Assembly: GCF_006345805.1 (NCBI RefSeq)
Contig: NW_021833193.1
Location: 1-41,980, forward strand
DNA from: Octopus sinensis
Lineage: Eukaryota
Direction of reading: 5' to 3'
Length of the DNA: 41,980 bases
Shown here: positions 1 to 11,173 of the stretch, piece by piece
Position numbering within the stretch: position 1 is the stretch's first letter
Layout: every line of letters starts with the position of its first letter
Position numbers and translations under genes: made by a program
Notes under the pieces: generated by a model
Told to the model about the DNA's origin: nothing
Database searches by the model: none
The model's input: only the letters and a program-made list of their open reading frames with translations

Positions 1-189
1 TTAATGTTGATGCATTTTACCGTTGTTCTTTTTTTATATTGATTTTGGTTGGGTTCCTTTAGTTATTTCGATATTCTTGATATTGTAGTAGGATCGTGTG
101 CCCTTCCTCGTACCGCCCACACGTCAATTGCCATCAACTGGTCTTTGAGACCGTGAGACTGTCGGCCAATCTCTGCCGCTGACGACTCC

Positions 190-910
190 CTTTTTGTGTC
201 AGTCCTATATATTAGACGGACAATATCGGTAGATGTTTCCGCTCCTCATGTACTGAGTTCACGTCTCGTCGATATCAGATTTTCCTTCCCACCCCTTCTT
301 GGAGTTTAGCGGAAAGAGGTATTGATTAATCCCCTTTCCCTGAGCTCGCTGGTCTCGTGCCCAACTCAGAACCCACAACAACAATGATAACAATTGCTTC
401 GAATTTTGACACCATGCCAACAATTTTAGGGAGAGGGGTTAGCAGATGGGGATGCAAGAAGTCGATCCTGATTTTAGACTCAGAAAATAATGAAATCATG
501 AGCTAGATGAAATACATATTTCTTTATTACCCACAAGGGGCTAAACACAGAGGGGACAAACAAGGACAGACAAACGGATTAAGTCGATTACATCGACCCC
601 AGTGCGTAACTGGTACTTAATTTATCGTCCCCGAAAGGATGAAAGGCAAAGTCGACCTCTGCGGAATTTGAACTCACAACGTAACGGCAGACGAAATACC
701 GCTAGGCGAGTTGGCAGAGTAGTTTGCAGGCCGGACAAAATGCTTACTGCTATTTTTTACGCCGTTACGTTCTGATTTCGAATTCCACGGGAACGATTTT
801 GCTTCTCAGCTTTCTTGGCTTGAGAAAATAAGTGCCAGATGAGCACCGAAGACGATGTCATCGACTGACGTCCCTTCCCCAAAATGTCAGTCTCTGTGCC
901 TAAGAAAGGA
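190..910. mobile_element. Cluster of four tRNA-derived SINE copies (family A) in +,-,-,+ orientation; the best-preserved copy is 517-705 (-)
   Basis: 517-705 is the reverse complement of the family A body seen at 21582-21800 (gtcgactttgcctttcatcctttcgggg...cccttgtgggtaataaagaaa). 706-910 is a diverged + copy starting ggcgagttggcaga. 190-375 and 390-516 are heavily decayed. Confidence 0.8.
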
Positions 911-1506
911 TATTCTTGTTGCTTCAATAATATTGTTATTGATGTTGTTGTCGTTGTTGCTGTTGCTGCTGCAGCTGCTGTTTGTCCCTTGGTTAGTCCT
1001 GATTGTGCAGGCATGATCAAAGTGATTGCATACATGTTAATCCATCTTAATTCCAAGCAAAATATGATGTGCTTCTAGGTTCACTATGTAGGTGTGTGTG
1101 TGGTGTGTGTGTGTAACTGTGTGAATTTTCAATTCCAGGTGTTTGTGTGTAAGTCTTAGTAGTTAAAAATTTATGAAATTTACACACACAAAGACATATG
1201 CACCCACATACACAAACACACATATATACATTCATACACAACACACACGTATTTATATGAATAAAGATATTTCCTCCGTCTGGCTGTTTTTCTCTCTACA
1301 AAACAGGAAGTTACATTGTGGAACAGTCATTTTAACGAGTTGTATTTATTTATCACTCGACAATATACATCTGCACCACTGGATGCTCCTGAACCAGTTG
1401 TTGAGTGTCCCGCCCAAGAGTAATTGATGCCAGAGGTGTCGAAACAATTGTCGTGATTAATAATAAATTCTCATATATTCCATCCTCTGTCTTTCATTTC
1501 CTATAA

Positions 1507-2311
1507 ACATACATACATACATACATACATACATACATACATACATACAAACATACATGCATACATACATACATACATACATACATACATACATACATAC
1601 AAACATACATGCATACATACATACATACATACATACATACATACATACATACATACATACATACATACATACATACATACATGCATACATACATACATAC
1701 ATACATACAAACATACATGCATACATACATACATACATACATACAAACATACATGCATACATACATACATACACATACCTACATACATACATACATACAT
1801 ACTACATACATACATACATAAACATACATGCATACATACATACATACATACATACAAACATACATGCATACATACATACATACATACATACATACATACA
1901 TACATACATACATACATGCATACATACATACATACATACATACATACAAACATACATGCATACATACATACATACATACATACAAACATACATGCATACA
2001 TACATACATACATACATACAAACATACATACATACATACATACATACATACATACATACATACATACAAACATACATACATACATACATACATACATACA
2101 TACATACATACATACATACATACATACATACATACATACATACAAACATACATACATACAATATAATACATACAATAACATACACATGCATACATACATA
2201 CATACATACATACATGCATACATACATTACATACATGCATACAAACATCATGCATTACATACAATACATACATACATACATACATACATGCATACATACA
2301 TACATACATAC
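1507..2311. repeat. (ACAT)n microsatellite of about 800 bp with recurring ACAA and GCAT variant units
   Basis: Seen directly; it produces the YIHT/MYVC pseudo-ORFs. Confidence 0.98.
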
Positions 2312-2413
2312 ACCATATATATATATTATATATATATATATATTATATACACTCACCACACACACACACCACACCACACACACAACATACATATATATAT
2401 ATATATATATGCA

Positions 2414-3557
2414 CAGGGGCTGGACCTAGCATCATTCCATTTCATCATAATTTTGAAATATCTATAAAACCGTCAAAAGCTTGTTTATTTTAATGTTTCT
2501 TTTACTTATTATTAGCGTTGCTAAATATGTTTTGCTAAAACTGGTGTTTCTTTTTAGATATCAGGGATAATTAAAATTAATTAAAATGAGAGATCTATCG
2601 GACTTTCAAAGAGGTGAAATTGTTGGTGCTCGTATGGCAGGCGCTAGCTTAACGAAAACAGCCGAAATGTATGATGTATCAAGAATTACTGTCTCGAAAG
2701 TAATGACAGCCTTTAAGAAAGAGGGGAAAATCTGCTCGTCGAAACAAATCCCCTGAAGAAAACCAAAACTTTCAGATAGGGACCGTCGGACTCTTACGCG
2801 AATTGCTAGAAAGGATCACAAAAGTACAGCTCCCAAAATTACCGCAGAGCTTAATGACCACAAAACTGTTCGCCGGGAGCAGCACAAAGCCGGATTTCAC
2901 GGGAGGGTTGCAATAAGAAAATCACTACTTTCAAAAACTAAAGTTGCAAAGCGAATAGAGTGGGGTAAAACTTACAGAATAGGTCCCTAGAGCATGCGAA
3001 GAATGTTATCGGACGAGTCATCCTTTACCTTATTTCCGACCACCGATCGAGTATATGTGTGGAGACAGCCAAAAGAAGCATTTGACACAGATTATCTTCT
3101 TCCAACTCTAAAACATGGAGAAGGATCTGTGATAATCTAGGGTGCTACATCTTGGAAATCTGCCGGCTCAATGGTTTCCCTTCATGGCAGAATTAATAGT
3201 CAAGACTCAGCATTTTATCTGATCAAATTCATCCTATAACTGCGGAACTGTTTCAGGAGGGAAACGCAATCTTTCAGCATAATGCACCAACTCACACAGT
3301 TAAAGTTGTTACTGAGTGGCACGAGGAACATCTTATCTTAAGTTGAACATCTTATCTGGCCACCTCGGTCCCCAGATCTCAATATTATTGAACATTCAGG
3401 ATGTATTTTAGAAAAACAAGTACGGGGTCGATATCCTCAAGAACTGGAGACTGTTTTAGCTGAAGAATGGATAAAAATTCCTTTGGAAACAATTCAAACT
3501 TTGTACGAGTCCATACCTCGTGGAATTCAAGCTGTAATTACTACCAAGGGTGGTCCT
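2414..3557 (+). mobile_element. Decayed Tc1/mariner (Tc1-type) DNA transposon; transposase pseudogene at 2586-3557
   Basis: Translation from ATG 2586: MRDLSDFQRGEIVGARMAGAS..VSRITVSKV (HTH), RKPKL, SDES (first D), VWR, KHG.GSV, FQ.NAP.H, WPPRSPDLNIIEH, L.EEW..IP, KGGP. It has stops and frameshifts. A left-TIR-like cagggg.tggac is at about 2414; no right TIR was found. Confidence 0.93.
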
Positions 3558-4011
3558 ATATATAGACAAGAAAATTTTGTAAGACCATACTCACATACAT
3601 GCATACATGCATTCATACCTACATACATTCATACATACATACTTACATGTGAGTGAGTACGTGAGTGAGTGAGTGTGTCTGTATGTGTGTGCGCGTGCGT
3701 GCGTGTGTGCATGTGTGTGTGTGTGCAAGCGTACATGCATATATTTATCTGATAGTTTTTTGTTCAACTACGACGTGTTTCCAGCTCTTCCCTGAGTCAA
3801 AGGACACAGGAAAATTATAGTATTTTTTAAGGAATTAGCGACTACATATGTATACCCTCTTGCAAGCGTACACACACGGCAACCACATATTCGCGCTTAC
3901 ACGGTCTTCCCTATCATGCTGTTCCTCTTCTTACCATTCAAACAACCAACTTAATACCATAAATACAAAGTAGCATACGTTTACATATACTATATGTGTG
4001 TGAGCATGCAG

Positions 4012-4130
<119 letters not shown>

Positions 4131-4387
4131 TGCTGTTTTTGTTTTTTATGAGAAAGGGTTTCCATTGTAATCCTTTTTAAGTCTAAAGAAATATTAAGAC
4201 TTTAATCCCAGTCAAATGCTGCGGAAATATATTTAATCGCAAAAACATCGGCCTGATTTATAATGTATGCGTATATACACGTATATATGTGTTGTGTGTG
4301 TTGTATGTATGTACATTATATATAAATATATATACATATACGCGTTTATATATATCTATATATATTTATATATACATGTATATATAT

Positions 4388-4456
<69 letters not shown>

Positions 4457-4946
4457 TAGATTCAAAAAATCAGAGGTCACATATGGTGTGGTGGTGCGTG
4501 TCCGTGTGTGTGTGTGTTTGTATGTATGTGTACATATACTTTCTTTTGTATCTCTAACGATGTCTCACTTCATACTGTAAACTCTTTGTCTCTATCTCGC
4601 GATCCTTTCTTACATTTATTTATATGTATTATCTTATAAGTTTCCAAATGTTATATTCTTTAATATTATCTCAAGTATAAATGGCTCTTGCCCTTTGAGC
4701 TCTGCTTCCTCACTAACTATCGCTCTCTATCGAATAATCTATTTCATTTACGCTCCGTCCCTCCTCCGGTTTTGCACCACATGATTCAGAAAATGGACCT
4801 AAACTTTCATTCAATCCTATTTATTCAGAGATAATTTTATTCATTCATTATTGTATATTACACATTTTATATTAGGTCTCCTTTGTCATTGTGCCTTTCT
4901 TTCTCCCCCTACACCCTTTCCTCTCGGTATTCTCTTGAAGGCAAAC

Positions 4947-4987
<41 letters not shown>

Positions 4988-5071
4988 CGCGCACACGCAT
5001 ATGTATTCATGAAAGTATATGCATAGATACATATCTATATGCATATCTATATGCATAGATACATATATATA

Positions 5072-5308
5072 TCTACTATATATTTATGAAAAGTGCGGAT
5101 GTTGTCTCACAAGCAGTTGTACAAAAGCTTTTGGTAGTAAATGTGGGCGGATTGAGCTGAAAATTTGCACACCTATGCTAAAGGCCCTGGGGAGGTTGCA
5201 TGGCAACTTTGATATTGCTCAATTGAAAGGCTGGGCCTCTACGGCAAAATTCCTCATCTTTAAAATGTGGCCCGAGTAGACCCGAATGAAATCGGGTTAT
5301 GATACTAG
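5072..5308 (+). mobile_element. Non-autonomous Helitron, complete, 237 bp
   Basis: A|TC 5' end, subterminal hairpin acccga-atgaaa-tcgggt, and CTAG|T 3' end; inserted between A and T. Confidence 0.8.
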
Positions 5309-5363
<55 letters not shown>

Positions 5364-6269
5364 ATGTACGTATGTATGTATGTATGAATGAAGTTGAAAA
5401 ATGCATTGGAAGTCTTTTTGATGGTCTATTTTGAATTGTTTAACCAGTTTAATAGACTTTTCTGACTTTTAAAAGTTAAGTGAGACAGAAAAACATGGGC
5501 CTATGCCGCAACTATATTACTTCTGGCTGGAATTCGAAAATTCCCTTTATTTTACAGAGTCCCAGGTTCATATTAGTAAGTTTTTAGGGTATAATTTAAT
5601 TAGCAGATGATGATCACCTGAGTAGTTTTAGAAATTCTTTAAGTTCCCCGCTACGTTAGTACGTGAATGCCGTGTGACAATAGTTTTTGCGCCGAAAGTT
5701 AAGGCTGACACGGTTGAGTGTCAATCAATCAAGGCTCTCTAAATTTAATCTATTAGAATTCTTTGTCTGCAGTCATGAACTTTTGTTAGTTCCCGCTTAT
5801 TGTCTGTGGTTTAGTATTTGTGTGGATTGTTGATGTTACTTCATTAGCGGCTTATATTTTTGTGTAAAATAGGTTTTCTTTATATCTTTGTGTTCGAAGT
5901 GTGGTATTGTCTGGATCAGAGTGGAAAGACTTAGAATTTTTTGGAATGTATTTTGTCGTACATAAATCTAGACAAGAAAAGTAATCGAAAAGTTAAAGTT
6001 GTCATGCTTCACTGCATTTGGCTATTGAGAGTCTAAGAAATAGAGGCTTTGTAAATGTGCCATATCCAGTGGTTGAATGGATATGATTTGTGTGTATGCG
6101 CCTAAGCATACAATTTTGTTTTCCATTATATTCGTCCGTTAGTAATAACGCGAGAAAAAGTCCTGAATGTGCCCGAATTTAAGGTTGCTGGCTGTGTAAA
6201 TTCAGCAATGTTAAGTGGAAGAATATCTTTGTGCGTGAATAGTTGTTGGTAAATGTACTTTATTAAAGT

Positions 6270-6625
6270 TCACCCAGTCGTGGTTTGTATCTTTAAATGA
6301 ATATATTTTCTTTGTTTATTCATGTTTGATCCGTGGTATTGGTTAAACAAAGGTAAAGTGGGAAAACTTGGGATTTGGGAAACTTAATTTTTACACATGT
6401 GTCTATATGCCTCCGCAGTTTGATCTGTCTTGTCCTGTGTTTCGTATTTGTTGATGATGAATTGTCAGTCTATTTCTAATAGTAAGTTTTGTTTGACCCT
6501 TGTAATACTCGTTTTATCCTTTACATTTAATGGATAAGATTAAACTTTTTGGAGAACACGTAATATGATTTTTTATGGTAAAAAATATTTCCTGATTTAA
6601 GTTTATGTATGAGGTTGATGCAAGT
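6270..6625 (-). mobile_element. Penelope-like element remnant, GIY-YIG endonuclease end
   Basis: Minus-strand translation FTIKNHITCSPKSLILSIKCKG*NEYYKGQTKLTIRNRLTIHHQQIR...HIDTC...FI*RYKPRL fits the PLE GIY-YIG pattern (C..N.IY.I.C..C...Y.GQT....R...H). Confidence 0.8.
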
Positions 6626-7264
6626 CAAATTCTACACAGTTTCCGACTGCCGAATCTCACTCAGAATTGATATAATTATCCGCTACATCGCTATTTACCC
6701 AAAATAAATATCTACTAAGTACTGTACCTTAAATATATTCCCTACACTTACCATTTCAAATCAAATACCGGCTATCAGACTATTATTCCATTAACTGTAT
6801 CCCTTAGTATGTAGTAATAGTAGGGCACCGTTTTTAAAAGCTCTTAGTCGATCGTATCAACCGCAATCCTCTCCGTGATACTTCTTTTATCTTTGCAATG
6901 AAGATACGTGGTCGACATGTCATAAATGTGGTTCAAGATGGAACAAAGTACCACAAAATTTTTGTTCGTTCAATATTGATTTCTAACTGTGTTAAAATCG
7001 AATCGACTTACCCCTCCCCACGATCTTCCCCAAACAGATTTTCATCAACTAGCAAAATGATAAAAGAGAAAACCTGAGCTATTAAATTAAAATTCCAGGC
7101 CCAATCTAAACGTTCGGTAACATTTTGTAAATACATACATTCACATGCATTTTATAAAAACTTCACACCGAAGCTACGATGAATCGGTCTTCCCGAACAT
7201 CAAACTTCTCACCCTCACAAAGTGTTTCTTTTTTGCTGAACGTATAAACCCTAGACCTTCTCAG

Positions 7265-7296
7265 CTATTCCAGGAGTACCTTATCTACGCAATCAT
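7265..7296 (-). CDS. Possible final coding exon of the minus-strand gene: (D)DCVDKVLLE*
   Basis: Acceptor ttttag| at 7297-7298. Phase 1 matches the G|gttaga donor at 7544/7545. Confidence 0.4.
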
Positions 7297-7539
7297 CTAA
7301 AACTTACATAAAACAGTCATATTTTGTGGGTTTTTCCTGGTGAAATATTATACAAAGAGAGCAAAACACAAAAATATAGAGCTTAAAATAGTAACAAAGC
7401 ATTTGTCCAGAAATATATCATGCAAATTAATAAAAGAAAAGCAAATTGTTATAAGCAAGGCTAAAAATGTCACGTAGTATCAATAACTTGATTGGCTAGA
7501 TTTGTTAATATGTGAGTGAAAAGAAAATATTATAAGCTT

Positions 7540-7654
7540 CTAACCAGCGAACAGGGCAAAATCCTTCTGAATGCTCTTGCTGTACTCACTGTCAACTGTT
7601 CTTACAGGAGACTTGGCATAGATGTACTGCGGTAGAAGGTTCTCCATTCCTTCC
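7540..7654 (-). CDS. Exon of unidentified protein: (R)EGMENLLPQYIYAKSPVRTVDSEYSKSIQKDFALFA(G*)
   Basis: Pyrimidine-rich acceptor ttattattttcatacag|. Phase 2 completes CG|G (Arg) with the upstream exon. The frame is open to TAG at 7540-7542, or to a donor at 7544/7545. Confidence 0.8.
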
Positions 7655-7964
7655 CTGTATGAAAATAATAAAAACAAAAAGAAATAATATAAAACACACA
7701 GTTAAAAATATGAGATATTTATGCATCTACGACACTTAGTGGGATATATTTTGGGGTAAACAGATATAGTCAACTAGATGACAGTAGTTATTTTCACTGT
7801 AATTCTTCTTGAAGTTTTGCATAAAATCATCCTTGACTAAGCGAAATCTTAAACAAAGATGTGTTATCCATAACCATTCAGGAACTAGGAATATATAATC
7901 CAATGTATACTATCTTGCTGAAGACAATAGTGTTTCATATAAGTGAGATTTTTTCTAGTATATC

Positions 7965-8315
7965 AGACGAATAGCTGTTACCATCAGATGCATTAAAAAG
8001 GAGAATTTCTAGAACCGCGTGTCTGGACGTGAAGCTTTTGGTGCCTTGCTGTTTGGCCGGTCTTTGAATGAACTTGCAGAAAATCAGGTGCAGGTGATTG
8101 TGTGTATTGAGATTGAGTTGTATACCAGGTGTGTTTATACCACTCATACAGCAGGTATACACACAGGCACACACTCTCACCGGACATGTATCCGATGTCC
8201 TGCAAGCTTCTTCAAAAACCAGCCAGACAGCAAGGCACTGTCAGCTTCGTGTCCAGATGCGTAATCTAAAAAATCTTTTTTAAATCCATCTGGTGTTAGA
8301 ATGTCGATCTTGCTT
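7965..8315. other. Imperfect exon/intron inverted repeat (fold-back) centred near 8140
   Basis: 8022-8095 (+) matches the reverse complement of 8184-8257 at 56/74 positions without gaps (manual count). The inner arms gtatacc (8120-8126) and ggtatac (8154-8160) are in essentially the same register. Confidence 0.9.
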
Positions 8316-8436
8316 CTAATGTTGCTACATGCTCCGCCTTGACTTGTAGAAGCCCAGTTTCCGGTAGCCATATTAGATCTCCAAGACATCTCTCCATTCG
8401 ACAAACCGAGCTTATGCAACTTTAAGCCAAATCCAA
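8181..8436 (-). CDS. Internal 256-nt exon of unidentified protein: GFGLKLHKLGLSNGEMSWRSNMATGNWASTSQGGACSNIRSKIDILTPDGFKKDFLDYASGHEADSALLSGWFLKKLAGHRIHV(R)
   Basis: aaaacag| acceptor (AG at 8437-8438) and CG|gtgaga donor (8175-8180). It has 84 full open codons of complex, coding-like sequence and joins the next exon in frame. Confidence 0.85.
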
Positions 8437-8444
8437 CTGTTTTA

Positions 8445-8526
<82 letters not shown>

Positions 8527-8779
8527 GTAATAAATGGTTACAACGAAAAGCACCGATATTTACTGGAAAATAGCGAAAGGGCTATCCTTTACTGGAAAGC
8601 AATAGTCTCGTATTGCATTACTATTTTCAATATATATATATATGTGTATATGTATTTATATATATAGTCAATTCAAATAAACAAATAATTCGAATAGTCG
8701 TATAAAAGAACAAAAGCAAAAAGCGAACTTGGAACGTGCACAAGGAATATATTAGCTTGACGCTCGATGAAAGGAGAGT

Positions 8780-8815
8780 GTTTGATGTTTCGAGCATGGC
8801 TCTTCATCATAAAGC
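8780..8815 (-). ncRNA. Minimal type I hammerhead-ribozyme-like motif (Penelope-associated) with C3 changed to A
   Basis: Minus strand reads ttt-ATGATGA-a-gagc-cat-gctc-GAAAC-ATC-aaa. Confidence 0.55.
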
Positions 8816-8958
8816 AGAAAAGGAAAACTCCACAGATGAGAAAGGAATCGCCAACGGCATACATGTGTGTGTGTATATATATATATATATAATATATATG
8901 TTTCTCTGTGTGTGTGTATCTGTGTGTATGTGCGTGTGTGTGTGTATACGTGAGTGTA

Positions 8959-9324
8959 TTCTTTTATTCTTTTACTTGCTTTAGTCATTTGACTGCGGCC
9001 ATGCTGGTGCACCACCTTTAGTCAAACAAATCGGAACCAGAATTTACTCTTTAGAAGCATAGTACTTATTCTATCGGGGCCTTTTTTGCTGAACGGCTAA
9101 GTAACGAGAACGCAAATGCACCAACATCGGTTGTAAAGTGATGGTAGAAGGACAAACACAGACACAAATAGCAAATATATACGGGCTTCTTTCAGTTTCC
9201 TTCTACCAAATCCATTCATAAGGCTTTGGTCAGCCCGAGGCTATAGTAGAAGTCACTTGCCGAAGGTGCCATCCGGAACCATGTGGTTGGTAAGCAAGCC
9301 ACTTGCCACACAACTACTCCTGCG

Positions 9325-9327
<3 letters not shown>
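8959..9327 (-). mobile_element. tRNA-derived SINE, family B
   Basis: Shares cagtcatttgactgcggccatgctgg...ggctttggtcggcccgaggctatagtagaag...ggaaccatgtggttgg with the copies at 38186-38591 and 41610-41980. Confidence 0.85.
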
Positions 9328-9359
<32 letters not shown>

Positions 9360-9464
9360 TATATAATATATATATATATATGTATAATTATAAGTAAGGG
9401 CAAAAGAAAAAATTTTCTAATGCCAAAATATGCCGAAAAAAGACACAACGTCAATAACCATATA

Positions 9465-9589
9465 ATTTATCACTACAAGCACGCGTTTCGAAGAAAGCCG
9501 ATAGAAATTTCTAAAAAATCCCGTTATTACCATATCGGACCCGATTTCAAAGCTAGTTCATAAGAACCTTCTCTTCATCAGTGATAAAT
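9465..9589 (-). ncRNA. Type I hammerhead-like motif with long stem II, lacking one C at the core; probably from a Penelope terminal repeat
   Basis: Minus strand reads ATTTATCAC-TGATGA-agagaagg...ctttcttc-GAAAC-gcgtgctt-GTA-GTGATAAAT, with a perfect 9-bp stem I. Confidence 0.55.
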
Positions 9590-10336
9590 GCGGCAAAGAA
9601 ATAAGTGAAATACTTACTTATACCCACGGAAGAAGCAAACATTAAGTTATGAGCACAATTAAGTATCCCAAATATATCCAAAATATAGATGTTAATTTTA
9701 TATATAGGGTGACAGACAGACAGAGAAAGTTAGACAGAGACAGAGAATGCAAAAGAAGTCACTGAGATAGTGACGGTTGATATGTCGAAAAGAAGTGCTG
9801 CCACTCATTTGACACGGTGATGCATTACACTCCAGAAACTTGACCATAGTGATGACGACTGTTCTGTTTAACATATATAGAAGAAACTGTTTGATGGTGA
9901 GCATTGTTTCTGTTTGGAAAACGAATCATAACAATATCAAGTAAAATCAGTAATAAGAAGAATAAATATGTCTGGAAAATTTTCTTATTATTGTACTCAA
10001 AAAGGCCAACAATAATCCTGAAAGAAGATTAGTTTGTATTAAATCGCCAATCTTAAAACTTAGACTTGTTGAATTAGAAATTGAAACTGATAGAGAGGAA
10101 TGTTTCAAAGAGAGAAATACTTCATTACAGAATGATAGTAATATGTCTATAGAATCGAATGTCTCGGAAATTACGGTGTTCAAACACATGCACTGACACA
10201 TAGAAATTGAATAAAGAAATGCGAAGTTAACATATTTTGAAAATATTGGTTTCAGTGAGTTGTCATGAGTTTCCGAAGAGAATTGGTTTGTATACGTTTC
10301 TCTGTGTATTTCTGTCCATATGTGCGAGTATATAAA

Positions 10337-10338
10337 TC

Positions 10339-10414
<76 letters not shown>

Positions 10415-10438
10415 GCTATCTATCTATCTATCTATCTG

Positions 10439-10480
<42 letters not shown>
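10337..10480. repeat. (TATC)n microsatellite that resumes at 11175-11205 after the LINE fragment
   Basis: Seen directly. Confidence 0.95.
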
Positions 10481-11173
10481 GTGGGACGTGGGACGTGGGA
10501 CGTGTCGGTTTATCAGCCGAGTCTATCGTTAATATCGTCACGCCTCCTTCCTTCAAACGGGAAGGAAGAGCTATTTTTATCATACTTGTGGCTATGGCGA
10601 AAGAATGTATCTGGTGGGCGCGCCTGAAAGGATTAGAGACAAACACGTTCCTCTCTGGTCAATCTCTCATCAACTTCTTCAAGTATCACTTAAAGAGGAA
10701 AGTGAGAGTAGAGAGGCAAGTTTTGTCTAGCGAATGTTTTAAAAAAAGATGGGTGAATGTAGCAAGGATGGCACGTATGAATGACGAAGCCACCTTGACT
10801 ATGATTCTATGAACCGTAAAAATTAATACAGAGAGTTGCTTATTTGCAAAAAAAGAAAAAAATATATAACATGTGACCTCATTGACCGAGGTTACCGTGG
10901 TCTTTTCTGTATGGTTTTCTTTCCACGGGTAAACCTCACCTGTCCTCCCCTTTACACTTCATATTGACATTTCTGTGATAACGATCCCTATTGATCAATT
11001 TTTTTTCCTTTACCCCCTTTTTTAAAAAATTTATCCCCCCTTTTTTGTCCTCTTTCTTTCCATTTACGATCCCTTTTGATCGAAAACCAAACCGCCTGTT
11101 TTACCCCCAAAAGAAAAGCTCTACCTTGTAATTTGTCCTGTCTATGTGCAGCCCTGTGTGGCTAATAAAGAAA
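10481..11173 (+). mobile_element. 5'-truncated Tx1/L1-clade LINE: intact C-terminal about 105 aa of ORF2 (10495-10812) plus 3' UTR
   Basis: The AKECIWWARL...FFKYHL...FKKRW pattern is typical of Tx1-type ORF2 C-termini. A pyrimidine-rich UTR ends in AATAAAGAAA. Confidence 0.7.

Noticed and set aside
1306-1425. + strand terminal exon EVTLWNSHFNELYLFITRQYTSAPLDAPEPVVECPAQE*
   Set aside because: It has no partner exon and overlaps a probable repeat-derived hammerhead-like structure.
1457-2467. Long ORFs (YIHT/MYVC, up to 290 aa) and similar ORFs throughout the window
   Set aside because: They are translations of stop-free microsatellites, open in several frames on both strands.
7250-7800. A second inverted copy for the 7545-7654 exon
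   Set aside because: Only short, scattered matches in inconsistent registers, compatible with chance.
8340-8400. RimK/ATP-grasp resemblance of WRSNMATGNWASTSQGG
   Set aside because: The spacing is wrong and the downstream D..E.N motif is absent, so no family is assigned.
9846-10017. Candidate linking exon on the - strand (KIIVGLFEYNNKKIFQTYLFFLLLILLDIVMIRFPNRNNAHH...HY) with the required phase 2 to phase 1
   Set aside because: The acceptor is good but the needed donor G|gtcaag is poor. The hydrophobic run may only reflect T-richness, and the region adjoins a Penelope-type repeat. Still worth testing with RNA-seq.
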